Origin: a virus
Taxonomy: Duplodnaviria; Caudoviricetes
Virus record (IMG/VR): IMGVR_UViG_3300044701_003842
Location: 1 to 32,485 of that record
Reading direction: 5' to 3' (one strand)
Length of the DNA: 32,485 nucleotides
How positions within the stretch are numbered: position 1 is the first letter of the stretch; each line of letters begins with the position of its first letter. The translations under genes were made by a program, and so were the position numbers. Below, piece after piece: positions 19,383 to 28,300 of the stretch. The notes below the pieces were generated by a model, which was not told the DNA's origin, ran no database searches, and was given only the letters and a program-made list of their open reading frames with translations.

Positions 19383-22300
19383 TTAGAGACGACCTACATT
19401 TATTTGGAATGCATTTATAGTATATTCAATTAGTGGAGATGGAGTAAATAGCAATTGAGTATTTCCTCCAATTAAACGACTTGAAAATGATCCAGTTCCA
19501 ACTGTACCAATTCCAACAGAGGGAGATATTTTAACAACTCCATATTCACTAATATATGAATTTACAGTATTTGAAGTTAATTGAATTTCAGATGCTTTAT
19601 ATTCTTTATTTATTGGCCTTATTGACCTTGCACTTGAAAATCCGAGTAAAACTTCTTCATCGTTATCAGTATCATTAACAATAAGAGCAAATGGCTGATT
19701 CGATTCAAATTTCCAAATAGTAGATCCAGAACCAAGATTTACTGCCAATCCATCCATAAATGCTCCCCAAGTTCCAAATCCAGTGGTTCCATCTCTTTGA
19801 GTAATTTTTGGATTATCAAAAGTTCCACCTGACAAATCATGAGATTCTCCTAATATCCATAAGGAACCATTCCAATAAGATACATTAACATACGTATTTG
19901 GATAAGGTGCGGCAATCACATAATCAGATAGTGTATTTCCCCAAGAATAGGTATCTGATAAATTATCTAATAAAATTCCATGAACAAGATCCGATCCTGC
20001 TCCATCACTTTGCCTAATTGCTATGACGGGCAGAGAATCATAAACTCCAGAAGTTGTTATACCTGCAGAAGATCCACTTGGGAATGTGTTATATGCTGTT
20101 CTTTGCCTTTCAGTTGATGGAATTATCAAAGAGTTTGGATAATATTTGTAGTTTATTGTTCCTATTCCAGTTATTGATGGTGATAAAATTGCCTTATCAT
20201 TTCCATTTGGTGCTCCTGGACCCAAGACTGTCATTATGACTGGAGAATCGGAATCAAAAAATACCCAACTACTTAAAGATGACGTTGTAATAATTCCAGA
20301 TTGGTATGAATTGAGGAATATTGATGTCGATGCAATTCCAGCAATTCCATTTGGAGAATTGTCATAAAGTCTAACCTCAGTAGACTCAAATGGAGAATAT
20401 ACAAAAAACGTTGTTATTCCTGGAGTAAATCCTCTGTCTGCAATAAAATGTCCAAATGTTGTTGAAGCATAAGAAACTGGTGCAATTGAGTGTTGAGATC
20501 CTTCGGACATAAAATGAACACCTTTAGATCCAAAATATCTGTATCCAGATGTTATTCCAATTGAACCACTTTGAGGATTTGTTGATGAAGTTGTTAAAAT
20601 TGTAGATACGTATCCCTCTGGAGTAACTTCAAAAATTTGAGTTTCTGGATATATTGCAGAATATCTCACAGTCGTGTCTTCAAAGGCATACCAATCAGAA
20701 ACACCATGATCTCTTATTCCAACATTATAAGGTGTAATTAATCCAGTTTGAATTCCAATAACATTAACAAACATATAAGAACACTTATACTGTTGTGAAA
20801 ATTGAGTTGCCACGATAGGTTCTGGAATTTCTGTGGATATTCCAGAAATTGTAAATGAAGTAACTTGCCCAGTTTCAAAAGATAAAGAACTTGGAGTTGA
20901 TGATATAATTTCATTTGAAACTGAAGTTGTTATTGTTTTTATATCATAACTTTGAGTTAAATTTTCATATGGAGTCATAATTATGTTCAAGGTCGTACCA
21001 TCAGAACTCATTTCAGATGAATAAGAACATATTCCAAGAACAGTTTCATTTTCTAAGTTGGAAGTTGTTAATTCACCATATTCAGATAACGCCACGTTAC
21101 CAGAATCGTCGTGAATAACACTTATTTCGTTGAACTCAAAATAATCTCTATTTTCTGAAGATACTTGCAATAATATTTTACTAGATCTATACGTAGATCC
21201 AATTCCAACTACCGTAGTTCCAACTCCTTGATTTGTTCCTGAAGTCAAAACTCCAATTTGATTATAAACATATGAAATATCACCAAAAGACACTTCCTCA
21301 AGTTCTGTTGGGTCATCAGTTAATTCAAAAACTACAAAATCAATCAAGAAATTATTAACTTCATCTCTAGCTGGATAAAATTGCAATACTTGTGAATCTC
21401 CAATAATTACCGATTCAAAATATGCCATGTCATATTTTGTTTCAAGTCTTCCATACTGTCCTACATAAACATTCTCATCATCATGAATTGTAGTAAGTAT
21501 TTGCATTTGTCTATCATCAGTAAATCTTCTATCCTGAATATAAAAGAAACTTTTTTTGGATCTAATTTTAGTAGAATCTGATCTTGCCACAACAGAAAAA
21601 TTAGTTTCTCTTGGTAGAGCATTAAAATTTCTACTTATGTCATCAATATATAAAACTCTATTTGATATTGATTCAATATAATCCTGAAGAATTCTTGAGT
21701 TAAAAATGATTTCATTTGACTTTAAAGGATTGCCAAAAGTTACTTCTCTAACTAAATCAAAGTCGTAAACACAATTAACACTTACCTCAGAAATAATATC
21801 ACTTATGCCAAAAGAAATTGCTTCCTGAGATGTTGTTATTCCAGAATAGTTTATTGGAGTTGATTCTAACTCCAATTCGGAAAATCTTTTAAATCCTGCA
21901 GTATGATTTAAAGATCCAACATCATCGTTCCATTTATCAATTGGAACTTTACTCTTCAATGCATAAGAAAAATATTGATAATAATCATTATCATGTATTC
22001 TTTGCAAATCAAAATTTAATTTTCCAGTATCTAAATCCCATCCAATAGAAACTACTGAACTATCTGAAATATTGTACCCAGCATCAAAATCTATCTTTTT
22101 CAATAAAATAGCTTTTGTTTTTGAAGTCTGTCCAATAATTGTATCTCCAACATTAAAGACAACAGTTTCTGCAATTTTAAGATAATCATTTGAACTGTCC
22201 CATTGTTCAACTATACCTATTGAAGTACCATCTTCAGTTATCAGTTCTTCATCCTGAATAAAATTATTTTTTTGAAGTACAACTGAATAAATTGGAAAAT

Positions 22301-25300
22301 ATTTTACAGGAACAACTCTAGATGCTTCGGATAATATTTCATCAACTTTATATGAATCACTATTTTCTGGATCTTGAACATTTTCATCAACATACCCGTC
22401 AAAGTCTAGAGTTATTGAGGCACCAGAACCTCCTATATTTGGATCTACTTTTACGATTTTATAAAAAGAATATCCATTTGCATCCGAATTAAATCCTTTG
22501 CTAGATCCACCATTAGTTTCTTCTTTGGTAATTACATCTTCAATAAAGACAAAATCACCCAACTCAAAAGGAAAATCTAAAATAGAACTATATTCTGTTT
22601 TTAAAAATACTTGTATTGTTGGTAAATTTGTTAATGGTAAACTTTGAACTCTTGTTGGAGATGCGGATAATAAATTAGAATATAAAGAATCTATATCTGG
22701 ATCTTCCAAATCCAATTGGGCAAAATCATTAGCTAATTGAACTTCTTCTGGCTCAGAATTTGTATTTAAATTTAAAATTATTGGATTTCCCTGATTCAAT
22801 AGTAATGGTATTCCATTACTATTATTTACTGGGACTAATCTTGGGACAACGTTGGATAAATTTTTAGTATTACGAACTATAGTTACAAAATTATCTCCCA
22901 AATTATAAGAAAGAACCAAATCTGTTATTAATTCTTTAGTCTTTGCATCTATTACATCAATATTTGGAGCCGTTAGGTAGTTTATTCCATTAGATATTAT
23001 TGTTATTTTTTCAATTGAGTATAATGGTTCTACTTTATAAATGGTTGGAAGTTTTGCAATTGCTCTAATACTTAAATCTGATGGGTAATCAAATCCAATG
23101 TCTTTTATATTTACTGATTTTATTTGTCCTATATTTGTACTATTGGCACTAACAATGGCACCAGTGCCATTTGACGATTTAATTAATGTATTTGTTGGAA
23201 GTCTATAAAAATATCTTCCTTTGTTTTTCACAGATGCCTTTACGATAGATCCAAATGCATTTTTAGAAATTGTATTATAAGATATAATAGAATTTTCATT
23301 ATCATAAAATTCAGATTCTGGATCTCTTGGAATTTGATATTTAAACTCAGAAAATTCAAAGGGAGGTAAAGTAGGATCTCTTTCTATTGGATCAAAAATT
23401 GGATATTTTCCATCATACTTACTTGAAGTTACTGTTATTTTATTATTATTAGATTGCTCAGAATCTATAAAAATTCCCAATTTTTCTGGAGGATTTCCAT
23501 TAATATTCAGGGGAGTCAGTTTATAAAATAAACTCGATGGAGTATCTGCAGAAATTATTAAGGTTAATTTTGCACCAGATGTTCCTATTATTCCAGTTTT
23601 TGATACATCAAATATATTTGTTTTTCCAGAAGAAATATACTTATGATTAAAATTTGAATCTTGATATAAATCAAAAGTGAAAGATGGAATTCTTTGAGTT
23701 GATGATCCTTGAGTAAATGATAAAGAATTGTGAGAAATATCAAATACTACATTTTGACCTTTTATTACTTGAATTTCTGGATTTATCTGATAAAATTTTC
23801 CGTCTGTTGATGAATTTAAAGATAAAAATTTAGGAAATTCTTGTTTAGATTCAAATAAAGAATTGCAAAGACCAAAGTTATTTCTATCAGTCACAACTAC
23901 ATAATAAATTTCATTATCTTCCAATCCAAGAATTGGAGTTTCAGATTTATAAAGTACTTTATCTCCTGTTTTATATTGATGATTGTTTATTGAAAATAAA
24001 TTTTCATCCAAATTTACATCAGTATCTTGAAACTCTATGGGATTTGCTATTAAAATTCTAGCCTGATTGTTATATTCAATAAAAACAGTTTTTGTATTTA
24101 ATGGATTTATCTTAATGTCAACTACATCATTGTTCAATAATCCATGAGTAGATGATGTAGAAACTGTAACGATACTTTGAGATACTTTAGCTGTTAAAAC
24201 ATTTTGCTTTAAAGTTTTAAATTTGCAATTTCCTTCCGCATAATTAAAGCATAATAATGGATCTATATTTGTCCCTATAGATGATAATATTCCTGTTGAT
24301 CCAAATCCAACTTTACCAGTAGATATTCCAATCAAATCGTCATTGATTTTTATTGCATATACAATTGAATTTTGAGGTACAATGAAAGTGTTTGAAATAT
24401 TGTTAGATCTACTTACAGAGATAAATCCATCTGAACTATATTTTAATGGGTCATTTGTATTAAATCCATGGTCTTTCAAATAAATTGTTCTAGTTGGTAT
24501 CGATAAAGATGTAATTCCAGATTTTGGATAATTAAAATATATTGTACTTGTTATTCCAGTTCCAAATTTTGTACCAAGTCCAACAACTTCAGTTGCATCA
24601 AAATAGTAGTCATAATTGACATTAAAATTATAATATGTTTGAATTCCTAGGTTGCTATTAAATTTTCTTGATTTTTCGGTAAGTCTAGTTCCAGATGGAT
24701 ATGTCGCCAAACCAACATATCCATTGTTACTTCTAGAAACCCTTACAATATTATTTTTCTTATCAATATTTAAAATTTTTATCTCTTCTCTAGAATTTGA
24801 AGTCGATCCAGGATCTACAATATAATAAATATCATTCTCTCTTATTGTTGGATAATTTAAATCTCCAGATACTTCAAAATAAGTAATGATTCCAGTTTGA
24901 GATTGTAATCTTACAGATTTTGTTAGGAATAAATTATTAACATAAAAATTGATATCTTTAAATACAACTCTTTCTATAGGAGTTGATATTGAAACAATAT
25001 CACCAGAAGTATATCCATGTGGTGTATTGGTAAATCCTATTAACTCTGTTCCATTGCCAAATTTTCCAAATTCAACATTCTCAAATGTGGATCTAGCTAC
25101 GCTAACTGACCTAACATCTACACCTGATATTTCTGAAACTTCTGCTGTTGCGTTTTGTCCTATAATGTCTCCATTTTCAAATTTAATTTTATCTCCAATT
25201 TTATAATCTTGTCCACCTACAACAACATCTACAAATTCAATCTCACCGTAACTTGCATATTTTATTTGACTTATTGGATCTTTGATTTTGTTTGGAATTA

Positions 25301-28300
25301 AAAGATATTGATATCTACTATTCTTGCTGCCATTAATATTGTATGGAGAAGTATTTCTATACCAACCAGTTTTATTGATATCAATATCATTTTGATTTGA
25401 TTTTGCATCAAAGTTAAATTCAATTGGTTTAGATTTATACTTATTTCCTATCACATAAGGAAAAGCTGAAGGATATCCAAATCCATCTTGAAGTGGTTGA
25501 GTCGTATCTATAGTACAAAAATATGCATATGTTCCATTTGGAAATTCTGGAGTCTTACAATATCTTCCGTTAGATTCATCTAAGTCTCCACTATTAACAA
25601 CTTTATATTCATAGTCTTCTACAAAAAATCCATTTGGATACAGAGATAGGGGTGGGCCATCAACTCTCTCAAGACCCTCAAAAAGACTATATCCTGATCT
25701 TAATGCTCTTATTACACCAGACTCTGCATTTTCATATCCATATGGACCATATATTGGATTGCCATCATAGGCCCATCCAACGATTGGAGAGTGTCTCTTT
25801 TCTAAACTTCTATCAGCTTCTATGTCAACAACGGTAGACTTATCTTCAAAATAATCATTATAAATTAACTCTCTAAACTTATTTGGTAGATATATGTGGG
25901 TGTATTGAAGTCCATACTCGGAATTCAATCCAGAATATACGAATCCACCATCATTTGTTTCTCTGTTTGTTAATCTATATCGTTTTAAAAGATTTATTCT
26001 CCATGTCTTTATATTTGTAGATATTTTTACTCCTTCCCCTCTATCAATAATATCAATTGTTGTATTTTCTTGTCTGTAATTTAATCCACCATAAATTACT
26101 TTTATTTCTATAATTTTTCCATCTTTTAAAATTGGAGTTAAAACAGCTCCATTTCCATCTCCCCTAACAATTATGTCTGGAATAGATACATAATTTTTTC
26201 CTTGATTTGTAACTAAAACTTCTACTATTGATCCATCTTTAGATGAAATTATTGGTATTAATTGTCCATTTTTTCCTTTAACAACATTTAAAGCAGGCTG
26301 CTTTGCATAATTTAAGATATCTGGAGATCCATAACCAGATCCTTTATTTGAAACAAATATTTTATCTACTTCTCCTCTAAAAACTGGTTGTAATTTTGCG
26401 TTTAAATCTTGTCCAGCTGATGTAGAAACTCCAATAAATCCTTGTACAGAAATTACTATTGGATCATAATTGAAATAGTGAATTCCAGTACCGACACTAG
26501 TTAAATTTAAATATTGCTTTGTCTGATATAGAAAATCTTGTGGAGCTTCAAAATATGACTGATCTGTATAAATTTCAGACAATTTAATATTATCATCATC
26601 TATTCTTGTAACATAATATGATGTATTTGTACTAATTCCGCCAATAAGATTTCCAGAACTATAATGAACTATTAAATCTCCACTAGAATAACCATGTTTT
26701 GGTATTGTTATAACATTAGTAACTAAATTTACATTAGATGGAGTAGTGGAAGTTTTTTTGTTTTTATATCCACTTCCAGAAGATAGTACATTAACTGCTC
26801 CAATTCTAGATTTATTTTTTGATGACTTTAAAAAGTGTACTCCAGTTGAATATGCTTTAATATCAACAGTTGATATACCAACAAAAGCATCTTCTTTTGA
26901 TTTATATAATTTGACAGTTTTTTCATCTTCAACATAAACAATATATCTACTTCTATTTTCAAGTCCATAAATTGTTGTTGAAATTCCACTTATGTAAATA
27001 ACTTCTTCATAGTTTTCAAAGTTATGATAAGTAGCAAATCCTATAGTATTATTTCCAATATTCATCGACCCAACTTGTGGGTAAAATGGTGCCTCATATT
27101 CAAACGATTCCATAATAGGTTCAACTAATGCACCAGTTCCACCACCACCTCTTATACTAATTTTTGGTGTTCCAATATAATTGAAGCCCTGATATATTAT
27201 GTTTACCTTCTCCAGTTTTCCATTAATGGATGGGTAAATTTCACACCCAGATCCTAATGTTCCCAATGTTAGAAAATCGTCGGATATTCTAATATCAATT
27301 CCTTGCTCACCACCTAAAGATAATGCTGTTCCACCACTTCCACCAACAGTAACTATTAATCCATTTATTCTCAGAGTGTTTCCACCAGTTTGATTAATAT
27401 AAAGTTTATTTTTTCCTAATAATAAAAATCTTTCACCTAGTTTTATTTCTTCCCCACCAATACCTCCATAAGTTATTATGGTTCCACCAACAGATCCAAA
27501 CTTTATTGGAGAGTCATTATAAAGAAGAGGTATTGAACTTTTTGCATTATATTTTACAATAGCTCCCCCAAAATCTTCTATTAGAAATTCTGGAGGATTT
27601 ATAACATCATATCCAAACCCAGAAGATACAACATCTACAGATTCTATAGGACCATAGAATATACTATTTTGTGACTTATAATTTAAAATTTCTACACCAT
27701 TGAGAAAAATACCTGTGGTTCCAGGAAGAGTATCATATACTACTGTATCTTGTATGGGATCAGAAATTTTTCTAATAATATTTTGCGGTCCTATAATCTG
27801 AGGTTTAAAATTATCTAATGATTTGAAATCTATCTTTGAAAATGAATAATATTGGATAGAACAATCTGCAATTGTTATAGATGGAACTGTTGATGGTGGA
27901 AAAATTTTAGGACTTACATACTTTTCATTTAAAATGTTTGATCTGCTACTCGACAGTTTAATTCCATATGGATCTCCTTCAGATCTAAATTCTTTTACAT
28001 AATAAATTCCATCTGGAAATGGTGCATTTCTAGGATCTTCGGATCTAAAAACAACCTCATCTCCAGTAAAAAACCCATGATTTACTACTATTAAATTATT
28101 TGTAGCATCTAAGGCATAAGTCGTAAAGTATGAATAATCTATAGATCCATCGGAATATAATTTATCAGATTGACCGTTATTGATAAATTCCTTTCCAAAG
28201 AAAAATTTTCCACTTATTGATCCATCTCTAATATCTAAAGGAGATGGTCCACCAGATATATCAGAATATGATGGTAAGGATGGAGAGGCAATATATAAAG

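Noticed and set aside
19365-19385. Stop-codon recoding or read-through joining gp7 to the next ORF
   Set aside because: There are three in-frame TAAs, and TAA is the normal terminator for most genes here. TAG also terminates a gene, and the long ORFs are open in the standard code.
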